Part shown: positions 1-12,137 of the stretch, one piece after another
Position numbering within the stretch: position 1 is the first letter of the stretch
Layout of the letters: each line of letters starts with the position of its first letter
Assembly: GCA_951406725.2 (NCBI GenBank)
Contig: OX597831.1
Location: 23,498,001 to 23,562,000, forward strand
From: Octopus vulgaris
Taxonomy: Eukaryota
Reading direction: 5' to 3'
Length of the DNA stretch: 64,000 nucleotides
Position numbers and translations under genes: made by a program
The notes under the pieces: generated by a model
Database searches by the model: none
What the model saw: only the letters and a program-made list of their open reading frames with translations
Told to the model about the DNA's origin: nothing

Positions 1-261
1 CTATTTTGAAGTTTTGCATATTTATGTTACGCACATGATGGGTAATATTTTATTAAGTGTTTTAAGGTTCATTTATTTATTTATTTATTTTTTCCTGTAA
101 CCTGTAAATTTTCATTTTTCTTTCAAATTTAGAATTCCAAGAGATAAAAATAAACAAAAAAAAAAACAGAAAATCTTACACAAATTCTACCACATAACAA
201 ACCTACACTACCTCAGGCAGTCTATAAATAGACTCTCTTAAAGTTTGATGTGGGTGCTGTT

Positions 262-603
262 TTTACCTCCTCCTCCTCCTCCTCCTCTCCCCGCCTCCTC
301 CCCTCCCCCTCTTTTTTCTTGTTGTTGTTTTCTTCCTCTTCTTCTTCTTCTTCTTCTTCTTCTTCTTCTTCTTCTTCTTCTTCTTCTTTTTCTTCTTCTT
401 CTTCTTCTTCTTCTTCCACTTCTTTTCTTCTTCTCCTTCTTCTTCTTCCACTTCTTTTTTTCTTCTTCTTTTTCTTCATCTTCCACTTCTTCCACTTCTT
501 TTTCTTCTTCTTCCACTTCTTTTTCTTCTTCTTCTTCCACTTCTTTTTCTTCTTCTTCTTCTTCTTCTTCTTCTTCTTCTTCTTCTTCTTCTTCTTCTTC
601 TTC
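262..603. repeat. (TCC)n/(TTC)n polypyrimidine microsatellite
   Basis: Directly visible TCC then interrupted TTC runs; source of the poly-E/K/S/F ORFs. Confidence 0.95.
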
Positions 604-1095
604 TGCGTAAATTTTTTACTCTAAAAAAAAAAAATATTGGCAACTAGAAGCTGCAAAGAACATTTAAAAATAAATGTCATTTGATCATCCCGGGGAAGTT
701 GCAGAGAAAAGTGAACGGAGTGAAACAGAGAGTTTGGATATTACTGCTGCTGATTCTGTGGCATGTATGTGTTTATGTGTGTGCATGTGTGTGTATTTAC
801 CTGTGCATATATATATATATAAATATGTACACACTCACACACCCACGTACATATAAACACATATATTTATAGAGAGAGAAAGAGGTGATATTTAATGTAC
901 GTGTAACAAAGTGTAACATTTACCTCTTAGATTCATTATGTTCTTTAGCATCCATCCAAACCTGCTAAACCTGCTTGCTCTGATGCAACAAAGAGCTATT
1001 TGATACATAAATAAGGCAGGAGTAGGGCACTGTGTGCTCTCTCTCAACAGGCTAGATATAGTCACAAAATCTCTCTCAACCACGCCATATATTCT

Positions 1096-2017
1096 TTAAC
1101 CTTTTAGCACTTAAACCAGCTGAACCTGGCCCAGATATTCTATCTGTTTTATACTCAAACAAACTGGATCTAAACTGTCATTTCACTGAAATCTTGGCCC
1201 AGATATTCGATCTGTTTATGTTGAAACAAACTGGATCTAAACTGCCACAGCATTGAAATCTTGGCCCAGATATTGTATCTGTTTATGTTGAAACAAACTG
1301 GATCTAAACTGCCACAGCATTGAAATCTTGGCCCAGATAATCGATCTGTTTATGCTCAAACGAACTGGATCTAAACTGTCACAGCATTGAAATCTTGGCC
1401 CAGATATTGTATCTGTTTTATATTCAAACTGGATCTAAACTTCACATCACTGAAATCTTGGCCCAGATGTTCAATCTGTTTATGTTGAAACAAACTGGAT
1501 CTAAACTTCACATCACTGAAATCTTGTCCCAGATATTCAATCTGTTTATGTTGAAACAAACTGGATCTAAACTTCATATCACTGAAATCTTGGCCCAGAT
1601 ATTATATCTGTTTATGTTGAAACAAACTGGATCTAAACTTCACATCACTGAAATCTTGGCCCAGATATTCTATCTGTTTACGTTGAAACAAAATGGATCT
1701 AAATTGTCAGAGCATTGAAATCTTGGCCCAGATATTCTATCTGTTTATGTTGAAACAAACTGGATCCAAACTTCACATCACTGAAATCTTGGCCCAAATA
1801 TTCTATTTGTTTATGTTGAAAGAAACTGGATCTAAACTGTCACAGCATTGAAATCTTGGCCCAGATATTCAATCTGTTTTATGTTCAGACTAACTGGATT
1901 TAAATAATCACATCATCTGTTTATCTTGAGTAACAAGATAAAGCATGATTAAATATAAAACCATGTGAATGAATAAGCATTACATTTCAAAGAATAATCT
2001 TAATGCTAAACGGTTAA
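1096..2017. mobile_element. TTAA-flanked piggyBac-like MITE with an internal tandem expansion
   Basis: Ends ttaa-ccttttagca ... tgctaaacgg-ttaa are inverted repeats bounded by TTAA; the right end matches the short copy at 23370-23585. Confidence 0.75.
1126..1915. repeat. 66/67-bp minisatellite, about 11-12 units
   Basis: tgaaatcttggcccagata recurs at 1187, 1254, 1321, 1388, 1451, 1517, 1583, 1649, 1716, 1782, 1849. Confidence 0.95.
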
Positions 2018-2177
2018 AGAAGGACAGAAACGGATATATTACAGAATTTATCTTTAGATCTACTAATGTTGAATAAAATATTGCCTGAACCTGGCAAGAA
2101 TAAATTTGATCATAAATCTGCCCAGACAGTTCTTCTTTGGAGCTAAACAATGAGGACCATAAAATCAAAGTTCAGCA

Positions 2178-2621
2178 CATATTCTGCTCAATACTACAGA
2201 TTTGCTTGTCAGTTGTTTGACCTTAACCAGTTGACCATGGTTCCTTAGTGGCTGATGATATGTGCATCTCTGATAACGAGCAGAAGTATTGGGGGAGCAT
2301 CATGACCATAGGTTGAGAGGAATTCTTTGAGGTTGGGATAATTCACCTTCGGAAACATGGGCGTTTCGGTCAACATCCTTAATACTTATTCAGGGACCTT
2401 TTGAGTGGGATGGGCTACTCGACCAAAAGAAAATTCTAACTGGGCTCCACCTGCAAGGTCATGCGCTGTTTATCTTGATATGAGATCACCATGTCAGGCA
2501 CATATGGTTGTAATGCATATGCCTGGTGTACCCTTATCAGACGGGTAGTCACGATGAGTATACTGGGCTACGTATATTTTACCCCAATGTCACTTTGATG
2601 GCAAGCACTGCTCGCTCACTC

Positions 2622-2653
<32 letters not shown>

Positions 2654-2655
2654 TA
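2178..2655 (+). mobile_element. (TAA)n-tailed non-coding retroposon, family T, 5'-truncated
   Basis: Same sequence (aatattctgctcaatac...cactttgatggc...ctcactcaataat) at 10255, 13738 and 14238; shared 3' end with AAT tail, variable 5' ends. Confidence 0.8.
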
Positions 2656-2659
2656 ATGA

Positions 2660-2836
2660 TATATTGAAAAATAACTTAGGAACGAGGACCCAGGTTCGAA
2701 ATTTCCCCAAGACACCTGATGAAGGCTGACGGGTATATCACCTGAAACGTTGTGTTAACAACAAACAAGATGAGGACAGATATCCATCAAATGTAAATAA
2801 TGTACATAATTCCTCATCTCTTAAATATAGAACTGT
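2660..2836 (+). mobile_element. Penelope-like element terminus (pLTR) fragment
   Basis: Same sequence follows the GIY-YIG-like fragment at 6609-7021; contains a hammerhead-like motif. Confidence 0.7.
2711..2756 (+). ncRNA. Minimal type I hammerhead ribozyme-like motif
   Basis: GACAC-CTGATGA-A-GGCTGA..TCACCT-GAAA-CGTT-GTGTT: both core boxes present, stem I GACAC/GTGTT, stem II with a mismatch. Confidence 0.55.
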
Positions 2837-2875
2837 ATGAAACATAAGTAGTGTTATAAAAAGTCTACAACATTT

Positions 2876-3050
2876 ACCCCCCATGGACAATAACCCCCAT
2901 GGAGAATTACCCCTGAGGACAACAGATGATGATTTAAAACTTCTTAATATATTGGAGAGGGGTAATTAACTAAGGGGAGGGGATAATTGTCCAAGGGGAT
3001 AGTTGTCGTTAGGGAAGAGGGGATTGTCCCATGAGGGGTAATTGTCCTGA
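2876..3050. mobile_element. Degenerate foldback/MITE-like element with inverted subterminal repeats
   Basis: Left side has ggacaataacccc-type repeats; right side has their reverse complement ggggtaattgtcc-type repeats. Confidence 0.45.
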
Positions 3051-3104
3051 TATGGTTATAAATGTTGCAGGCTTAAACTTTACACAATGTGACACATAAG
3101 AGGC

Positions 3105-3257
3105 ACCCAGCACCCTCTGTATAGTGGTTGGCATTAGGAAGGGCATCAAGTTGTAGAAATCAAACTAAAACAAACTGGAACCTTGTCCAGCTCTCCAGCT
3201 TACTATCTCCAGTCAAACTGTGTAACCCATACCAGCATGGAAAACAAATGTTAAATA

Positions 3258-3320
<63 letters not shown>
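3105..3320 (+). mobile_element. RTE-type retroposon 3' end with (GAT)n tail
   Basis: gtggttggcattaggaagggcatc...cagcatggaaa...gttaaa followed by (GAT)n; many copies in the window. Confidence 0.75.
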
Positions 3321-3323
<3 letters not shown>

Positions 3324-3366
3324 AATAATAATAATAATAACAATAATAATAATAATAATAATAATA

Positions 3367-3820
3367 TACACACAGATAGAGAAATTAAGGCCAACAGACC
3401 AGATATAGTTGTCAGAGATCATGAAAAAAAAAATGCTTTTAATTGATGTATCAATACCAGCAGATGACAACGTGTCTCTAAAAGAAATGGAGAAACTTTC
3501 AAAATACAAAGACCTGGAAATAGAGGCAACCAGAATGTGGAATCTAAAAACAGAAACAATTCCTATCATAGTAGGTGCATTAGGCATGATAAAAAAATAT
3601 TCAGACAAATAAATAACAAAAACACCAGGATTTACAAACACATATAACATACAGAAAATTGTACTACTAGGCACTGCACACATCCTGCGCAGAACACTTT
3701 CCATACAATAACCATCAGAGCATCACAACACATACCCAAGGCACACAGAGATGCGCTCGGTAGTGAAGTGAAAGCACGATATAAAAATAAAACTACTGAA
3801 GAACAATAATAATAATAATA
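3367..3820 (+). mobile_element. Dong/R4-type non-LTR retrotransposon 3' end (restriction-like endonuclease plus 3' UTR)
   Basis: Translates across a frameshift and a stop as HTDREIKANRPDIVV...LIDVSIPADDNVSLKEMEKLSKYKDLEIE...IPIIVGALG...IQKIVLLGTAHILRRTL; flanked by (TAA)n on both sides. Confidence 0.9.
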
Positions 3821-3902
3821 ATACAGCAGAACAACTGGCATGATTACCAATATTAAAGCTAATGAGTGCTAGTGTGACACGTTCCAAGGTCTGAACTTTG
3901 TC

Positions 3903-4129
3903 TTAAACCTTTCGTTACCAACCTGCTGAAACCAGCCCTGGCTCTGAGAGCAAATGTCTTGTGTTCATAAGTTTTGAATTAAAATCTTCCACCAAACCTT
4001 AGTCACAATTTATGTTCCAAACACTAGCTGAACGATAAGTAAGTTATTTTACTAAATTCTTTGTTACATTTAAAATAATTGAAAGAAACACAGAGCATCT
4101 CAAAATAAATACAGTAATGAAAGGGTTAA
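3903..4129. mobile_element. TTAA-flanked piggyBac-like MITE
   Basis: ttaaacctttcgttac ... gtaatgaaagggttaa terminal inverted repeats. Confidence 0.75.
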
Positions 4130-5278
4130 TCTCTTTATATGGCGCCAAATCTGACTGAAGTTTTCTGAAAGACAAAGGGAAAAAAATGTGTCCACACCTG
4201 TTCTATACCTAGATTTTACACAGTACAAATTGTCCTTTTTTTGTTTTTTTGTTTTTTAACTGTGAGAGGAACACTTATGCAAAGACGAAAGGACAAAAAA
4301 AAATTTTGAAAATAATAATAAATATAAAAATTTTTTCAGTACTTTATGAAAAATAAGAAGAGAAATTATTGGAAATAATTAATTAATTAATTAATTAATT
4401 AAATAGCTTAAGTTAATTAAATAACAACAAAAACTAAAACTGTTGACTGTTAAAAAAAAATTGATGGAAGAAATATTTGTGTTTAGAATTATTTCCAGCA
4501 TTACGGATAGAAGAGAGAGAAAGAGAGGAAGAAGTGACAGATAGAAGGAGAGAAACCGAATCTAATTCTGTTATACATTTATCATAGAAACATTTATACT
4601 TAAGGTGAGATTATTGGTCACAGAAGAAATGTTGCTGGTGGTGCATCTAACAACAAAGTATAAGAGTATTAATAATAATTTCTATTGATTCGATTAGTCT
4701 GGCGGCAGACTGTTGAATGAGCAGGTGTGTTGTTCACACCCCTACTACATCACCCATGCTAGCAGTTCTTGAAGTTCATTTACAAGAAAAAAAAAAAAAA
4801 AAACTCATCTTCTGGATGAAACAAAGAGAAGCAAAGAGAAACGCAACCTTATGGGCATAGAAATGGCTACATCATTAAGAAATTTGCTTTGAAGCTGAAT
4901 GGTTTCAAGTTCAATTCCAGTACTTGGCACCTTGGGTGAGTGTTTTTATTATCATAGCCCCGAGTGGATCAAAGCCTTTTGAATGAAAAGAAAACTACCA
5001 GGAAGCCAAGAGGAGAAAATTTTTTACCTGTTTTTGAATGGTATTTTTATTTTACTTTTAACAACATGCTCTCGCACCTTCAGTGCCATTAGTGGTGTAA
5101 TCACATTGTTGCGAATATTCAGGTTGGATATCTGGTTTGAAGATAACCTTCTTCCATTCTTCTAACTAGTCTTTGATGATCTGAAAAAAGTCATATGCAC
5201 TTCCACTTCTCCGCTTAACAAAGCTGTAAAAATCAAAATGAAAAAAAGAAAACACGCAAGAAATAGTGAGAGAAATAG

Positions 5279-5315
<37 letters not shown>

Positions 5316-5501
5316 GTGTATGTGAAAGAGATAACTATATGTTTAATGATTGATGTTTTGAATATTTTAGCTAAGTTTCATTCAATAGTCTTTCCTTTTG
5401 TGTTTAAAATAATGGAAGCCAATTTTTAATTCTTAAATCTGAGTGCAACATGTCCATTAGAAAGACTTAATTGAGAAGGCCTTGCTAATATAATATTATT
5501 A

Positions 5502-5952
5502 CTGGTGTGGCTGTGTGGTATGAAGCTTGCTTCCCAACCACATGGTTCCACGTTCAGTCCCACTGCATGGCAACTTGGGCAAGTGTCTTCTACTATAGCC
5601 TTGGGCCAACCCAAAAATAAGTGAGTGGATTTGGTAGACAGAAACCAAAAGAAGAATGTTGTATGTATATATATATTTATTTATATATATATACATACAT
5701 GTATGCATGTCTGTCATTGTGCCTGTGTTTCTCCCCAATTAATGCTTCACAACTGGTGTTGGCGTGTTGACATCCCTATTTTGTTAGTGTTTCAACAAAA
5801 GAGACTGAAAGAATAGTTCTAGGCTGAAAAAATAAGTACTGGGGTCGATTTATTATACTAAACAGAAGACAGAAAATTTCTTCAAGGTGGTGCCCCAGTA
5901 TGGCCACAGTTTAATGACTTAAGCAAGTAGAAGATAAAATATAAAGATAAAA
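5502..5952 (+). mobile_element. tRNA-derived CORE-type SINE (family B)
   Basis: Head tggctgtgtggta...gttcagtccc, CORE-like cttgggcaagtgtctt, internal (TA)n, shared tail. Confidence 0.85.
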
Positions 5953-5961
5953 GTTAAAAAC

Positions 5962-6181
5962 ATTATTTACATTTGATGGATATTTGTCCTCACCTTGTTT
6001 GTTGTTAAGAGAACATTTTGGCTGATATACTCTCCAGCCTTCATCAGGTGTCTTGGGGAAAATTCAAACCTGGGTTCTCATTCCTAAGGTATTTTTTGGT
6101 ATTATTATTATCATTATTATTATTATTATTATTATTATTTTAATTATTATTATTATTGTTATTGTTATTGTTATTGTTATT

Positions 6182-6212
<31 letters not shown>

Positions 6213-6250
6213 TTATTATTGTTATTGTTATTGTTATTATTATTATCATT

Positions 6251-6281
<31 letters not shown>

Positions 6282-6316
6282 TTATTATTGTTATTGTTAT
6301 TATTATTATCATTATT

Positions 6317-6347
<31 letters not shown>

Positions 6348-6377
6348 TTATTATTGTTATTGTTATTGTTATTGTTA

Positions 6378-6443
<66 letters not shown>

Positions 6444-6577
6444 TCACTGCCTGGAATACTAATATCTGCACTCGGTCTGCTTAGAAGGTTGTTGTGTCCT
6501 AGCATATGTGCTGCTTCTTTTAGTTTTTGTATTTTCCAGTGGTGTTCTCTGTCTATTATTTTAACTTCCACCCACAG
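5962..6577 (-). mobile_element. Penelope-like element 3' fragment (GIY-YIG C-terminus, AAT tract, pLTR)
   Basis: Minus strand 6577-6440 reads LWVEVKIIDREHHWKIQKLKEAAHMLGHNNLLSRPS, resembling the PLE GIY-YIG C-terminal motif; hammerhead-like motif at 6007-6052. Confidence 0.75.
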
Positions 6578-6608
6578 GTGGCAGTGGGTCTTATTTTATT
6601 TCATCCTA

Positions 6609-6804
6609 GTGGGAGGAAGTTAAAATAATAGACAGAGAACACCTCTGGAAAATATGAAAACTAAAAGAAGCAGCACAAGTGCTAGGAAATAATAACCTCC
6701 TAAGCAGACCGAGTGCAGAAATGAATATTCCAGGCAGTGACCTGAATAATAATAGTAATAATAATAATAATAATAATAACAATAATAATAATAATAATAA
6801 TAAC

Positions 6805-6892
<88 letters not shown>

Positions 6893-7021
6893 TCGGAAAA
6901 TACCTTAGGAATGAGAACCTAGGTTTGAAATTTCTCCAAGACACCTGATGAAGGCTGGAGAGTATATCAGCCAAAACATTGTGTTAACAACAAACAAGAT
7001 GAGGAAAAATACCCATCAAAT
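6609..7021 (+). mobile_element. Penelope-like element 3' fragment, inverted partner of 5962-6577
   Basis: WEEVKIIDREHLWKI*KLKEAAQVLGNNNLLSRPS, AAT tract, hammerhead-like motif 6940-6985; the tail resumes at about 7435-7490 after a SINE. Confidence 0.75.
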
Positions 7022-7022
7022 A

Positions 7023-7434
7023 TAGGCGTAGGAGTGGCTGTGTGGTAAGTAGCTTGCTTACGAACCGCATGCGCCTTGGGCAACAGTCTTCTACTATAGC
7101 CTCAGACCGACCAAAGCCTTGTGAATGGATTTGGTAGATGGAAACTGAAAAAAGCCTGTCGTATATATGTATATATATATATATATATGTGTGTGCGTGT
7201 GTGTGTGTGTGAACGTGTATGTATATGTTTGTGTGTCTGTGTTTGTCTCTCCCAACATCGTTTGACAACCAATGCTGGTGTGTTTACGTCCCTGTAACTT
7301 AGCAGTTCGGCAAAAGTGGCCGATAGAATAAGTACTAGGCTTACAAAGAATAAGTCCTGGGGTCAGTTTGCTGAACTAAAGGTGATGCTCCAGCATGGCC
7401 ACAGTGAAATTACTGAAACAAGTAAAAAGAGTAA
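7023..7434 (+). mobile_element. CORE-type SINE (family B) inserted in the PLE tail
   Basis: Near full-length family B sequence interrupting ccatcaaat|gtaaataatgta. Confidence 0.9.
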
Positions 7435-8262
7435 ATGTAAATAATGTAAATAATGTAAAATAATTCCCTATCTCTCAAATGTAGAATTGTAAAAGTTAAA
7501 GAAATCATAGATTTCTTTAATAATTTTCATATAAGTTTATTACAGGATTCCAAGATCCTGGAAGGGTAAGAAAATATAAGTAAGTGACTGCACATTATTT
7601 GCTCCTTTTTGATCAAAATAATCTGCATTTTTTTCCCCTCAAACCTGGGAAAGGTGGCATTTGTAAAATGCCATTCTGTAAAGTTGGTTACTATTCTTGA
7701 AAAGTTTTGAGAACTATTGGTCAGAATCTTATTAGCTAAATAAATAGGATAAAATAAAACAGAATAAAGAAGTACCAAATAGAATTTTACAGATAGGACT
7801 ACGTTTGTATATCTTCGTGGATTTGTGAATTGTCATGTTTTCGGCATGGCCTTTCTTCAGGAAAAAATGAAATGTTTTATGAAATCATGTTTCCATTATG
7901 TTGTTCAAACTTATTTGTATTCGCATATTAGCTCAGTAAATGTACCGTTTGATTAGTTATTGGTCTGTTTAAATAGAAATTCCGGGGACTCTTCTAACGC
8001 AACAATGTGGAAGCCTCCATGTGGTTGTTTGACCTGCTAAAAATAGCTGCGAATTCTCCCTCAAATCACATTGTAGTCTTTATTTTTTTAAAGTAAACCA
8101 TAAAAAAATATATTGAATAGACTGCATTTGCATTAAAGATGGGATGGTCATGGTTAGCTTGTCTTTACTTAATCAGGGCTGATGTTGGGGATAAAAGTAA
8201 CTTGTTTTTCTTTTCTTAGAAAACTGTTTTTTGAGAAATATATTTTGTTATCCTGTTCTATA

Positions 8263-8700
8263 TCTTTTATCGTTTACTTGCTTCTGTTGTTTTGGCTATG
8301 GCCATGCTGGAGCACCACCTTGAAGGATTTTAGCTAAGGAGATCATCCTCAGGACATTTTTTAAAGCCTAGTACTTACTCTATTGGTTTCTTTTACCAAA
8401 CTGTTAAGTTATGGGGATGTAAACACACCAACACTGGTTGTTAAGCACTGATGGGGTACAAACACAGACACAAACACACACACACATGCACACACATAGA
8501 TATATATAGATACATACATATGCACACACACACACTCACATGGTGGACTTCTTTCAGTTTTCATCTACCAAATCCACTCACAAGATTTGATCTGCCTGAG
8601 GCGATAGTAGAAGACACTGCCCAAGGTGCCATGCAGTGGGACTGAACCTGAAACCGTGTGGTTGGGAAGCAAACTTCTTACAACTCAACCATGCCTGTGC
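8263..8700 (-). mobile_element. CORE-type SINE (family B), diverged
   Basis: Reverse complement of the family B head, core and tail. Confidence 0.85.
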
Positions 8701-8788
8701 TTATAAGTTTATTTTAATTTATTTCTTAATTTCTCATAAAACATACAATAAAAACATACAGTAAAAAACATCAGTAAATAAATGATGT

Positions 8789-8898
8789 TATTATTTACAT
8801 TTTTGACATTTGACGGATATTTGTCCTCAGCTTGTTTGTTGTAAACAACAAACAAGCTGAGGACAAATATCCGTCAAATGTCAAAAATGTAAATAATA
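8789..8898. repeat. Perfect palindrome, 54-bp arms, made of PLE tail sequence
   Basis: 8789-8842 is the exact reverse complement of 8845-8898 with a 2-nt spacer. Confidence 0.95.
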
Positions 8899-9334
8899 CT
8901 CATAATTCCTCATTTCTTAAATATAGAACTGAAATTGTGTAATGGGTTCAATTTCTCTCAACGTTTTCAAGAACATATTTTACCAAGTACCCTTTAAAAA
9001 TTTCCTGCAAAAAAGCAGTGAAACTTGGTGCAGTGTGAGAAGTCAAATCAAAATCTCAATATTTTAATCAATAACTTGTAGAATGTCAAACATTCAGATA
9101 ATGCCATGTAGTTGGCACTTCCAATCGTTTAGACCTCATCTGAAAGATTTATTAGTTTGTACTTTTACAGTTGGCTGTGATATATTTTATTTTATTTTAT
9201 TTTTATTTTGACTTTTCTGTTGGGTTGGGGATTCTTTTCTGAACCAATACGATATGTTCTGATCTTTGAGCTATAAAATTTCTGTAATTCTGAAATATGA
9301 AGAAAATACACATAAACACAAACACACACTTTTT

Positions 9335-9368
9335 CTATATATATATATGTATACATGTATAAATATAA

Positions 9369-9438
<70 letters not shown>

Positions 9439-9471
9439 GTATATATATATGTATATATATATATACATATG

Positions 9472-9516
<45 letters not shown>
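9335..9516. repeat. (TA)n microsatellite
   Basis: Directly visible. Confidence 0.95.
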
Positions 9517-9518
<2 letters not shown>

Positions 9519-9824
9519 GTTTTGCCCTCTCTGTCTTTCTCCATCTCTCTCTAACTGTCTCTCTCTGTCTATCTTTAATATACACAGGCACTTGCATGCA
9601 CACATACACACACATGAATCCTTGGATTTCTTTCTATAAATAAGATCAATAGGAAACCTGGCCTGCATCCAATCCATTCCAAGTTTTTCTTGCATCTTTA
9701 AAATCTTTCTATTCAATAAAATGTTTCATGATACTTACACAATGCAGCAAGATATCCTAACCAATACATTTTGGATTATGTAATGCAGTAAAGCTAAAAC
9801 TGAGCATATCAGTGATATCATTTT

Positions 9825-10006
9825 GATATCACTGAAGTATACGGAACTTGGATATCACCAAAGAGTATTAAACTAGGATATTATTGAAGTATACATGCCA
9901 TGGATATCATAGAACTATATGAAACTTGGACACCAGTGAAGCATAACCATCTTGAACACCATTGTTGTATATCAAATCTGAACATCGCCAAAACTTCGTA
10001 ACCACA
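9825..10006. repeat. Degenerate 26-bp tandem repeat, about 7 units
   Basis: gatatcactgaagtatacggaacttg / gatatcaccaaagagtattaaactag / gatattattgaagtatacatgccatg / gatatcatagaactatatgaaacttg etc. Confidence 0.75.
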
Positions 10007-10254
10007 GAAATTTACCAAACTATTTGAATCATATCATTATTCCTCCTATTTTGATCTGATGGATGTTGTCTTTAAATAGTACTTATTCATTGAGCTACCA
10101 ATGAAGTACTAAATTGTTTATGTATGTTCTATCAAGTCATATTTTCTTTCAGAAATGATGTTATAGAATCATAGCGATCGTCTATCATTTAGCAAATTCA
10201 GAATTGCAGTATCTGATGCTGTAGAGAGAACAAGGCACCAAAGATAGTAATAAT

Positions 10255-10737
10255 AATCTTGGTATAAAAGATGGACTAACAGCAAATATTCTGCTCGATA
10301 CTGCAGATTTGCTTGTCAGTTGTTTGACCTTAACCAGTTGATCATGTCCCTTAGTGGCTGATGATATACGCATCTCTGATCATGAGCAGAAGTAGTGGTG
10401 GAGGATCATAGCCATGTGTTGAGAGAGATTCTTTAAGGTTTGAATAATTCACCTCTGGAAACATGGGTGTTTCGTTCAACATCCTTAATCCTTATTCAGG
10501 AACCTTTTGAGTGGGATGGGATAGTCGACCTGAAGAAAATTCTAACTGGACCTCACCTGCCAGGTCATGTGCTGTTTATCTTGATATGAGATCACCATGT
10601 CACGCACATATAGTTGTGAACCATGCGCCTAGTGTACCCTTATCAGACGTGTAGTCATGATGGGTATACTGGGATTCGTATATATGTACCCCAGTGTCAC
10701 TTTGATGGCATGCGCTGCTCTCTCACTCAATAATAAT

Positions 10738-10787
<50 letters not shown>
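10255..10787 (+). mobile_element. (TAA)n-tailed retroposon, family T
   Basis: Homologous to 2178-2655; ends ctctctcactc(aat)n. Confidence 0.8.
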
Positions 10788-10788
<1 letters not shown>

Positions 10789-10809
10789 TATTATTATTAT
10801 TATTATTCA

Positions 10810-11828
10810 GGTAGCAAGCTGGCAGAACTGTTAGTATGTCAGGCAAAATTCTTAGCAGCATTTCGTCCATTCTTACATTCTGAGTTCAAATTCTGCTGAG
10901 GTTGACTTTGCCTTTCATCCTTTCAGACTTGATAAATTAAGTAACCATGAAGTACAGGGGTTGATGTCATCAACTAGATCCTTCCCCACAAATTTCATGC
11001 CTTGCACCTTTAGTAGCACAAGCTCTATAAGGCAAGATGTATTGTTTTATGGTTAGGAAGTTTGTTTTACAATCAGCTTTGCGGATGCTGCTCCCAGGAT
11101 CTGGCCAGAGTGTTGAAAAGAATATGGATGATAAAAAGAACAACAGTTATTTTTGTAGTAATTGGTACATTTGGTACAATATCCAAAATGCTCTCTAAAA
11201 GACTGTAAGAGATTGCAATTGAGACATACATTGTCAACCTGCAGGATAAAGTACCATCCTATATTCTATAAGAATTCTAATAAATATACTTTGAGGAAGC
11301 TTGTTGTCACCAAACTAAAGATAAAATTCATGATGATTTGTTTAATTTGTATTAGCTTAATAACAACAACAACAATAATAATAATAATGATAATGATAAA
11401 AATTTTTCAAGGAGTCTCTTTCTCTTCATTGCTTATCTGTATTATGCCAGAATCCCTAAGCACTTTACAGCAACTATTGACGTGAAACAGGACATGATAT
11501 GCATGATGAATTCTGAGAAAGGCTTAGAGTGGCAGATGTTAATCAACAGCAACCAAATCAATAGCTCAAAGGTATTATCGTTATTATCATTATTGATAAG
11601 GCAGCGAGCTGGCAGAACCGTTAGCACAGAGGGTGAAATGCTTAGTGGTATTTCACCTGTCGTTGCGTTCTGAGTCCAAATTCTACCAAGGTTAACTTTG
11701 TCTTTCATCCTTTTGGGGTCAATAAAATAGGTACAAGGGAAACACTGGGGTTGATGTGATCAACTAGTAATCGACCAATCCCCTCCTTCTAAATTTCAGA
11801 CCTTGTGCTTTTAGTAGAAAGGATTATT

Positions 11829-11905
<77 letters not shown>

Positions 11906-12125
11906 TATTAATAATAATAATAATAAAGTGGCAAGCTGGCAGAAACGTTAGCATTCTGGGCTTAGTGGCATTTCATCTGAGTTCAAATTCCACCGAGACT
12001 GACTCTGCCTCTAAACCTTTCAGGGTTGATAAAATAGGTACCAGCTGAGTATTGGGGTCAATGTAATCGACTATCCCCTTCCCCAAATTTCAGGCCTTGT
12101 GCCTATAGTAGAAAGGATTATTATT
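10810..12125 (+). mobile_element. Three family C SINE copies (about 10810-11010, 11598-11830, 11925-12120) among ATT tracts
   Basis: gctggcagaa-gttagc...ctgagttcaaattc...ctttcatcctt...gataaa-taagtacca...ggggtcgatg...ccttgtgc tail. Confidence 0.85.
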
Positions 12126-12137
12126 ATTATTATTATT

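Noticed and set aside
222-624. Poly-K/E/R/S/F ORFs
   Set aside because: Translations of a TTC/TCC microsatellite in all frames.
1371-1718. Repetitive ORFs, and a superficial CRISPR-like appearance of the 66-bp array
   Set aside because: Units are contiguous tandem copies with no unique spacers; 67-bp units break the frame; eukaryotic context with no cas genes.
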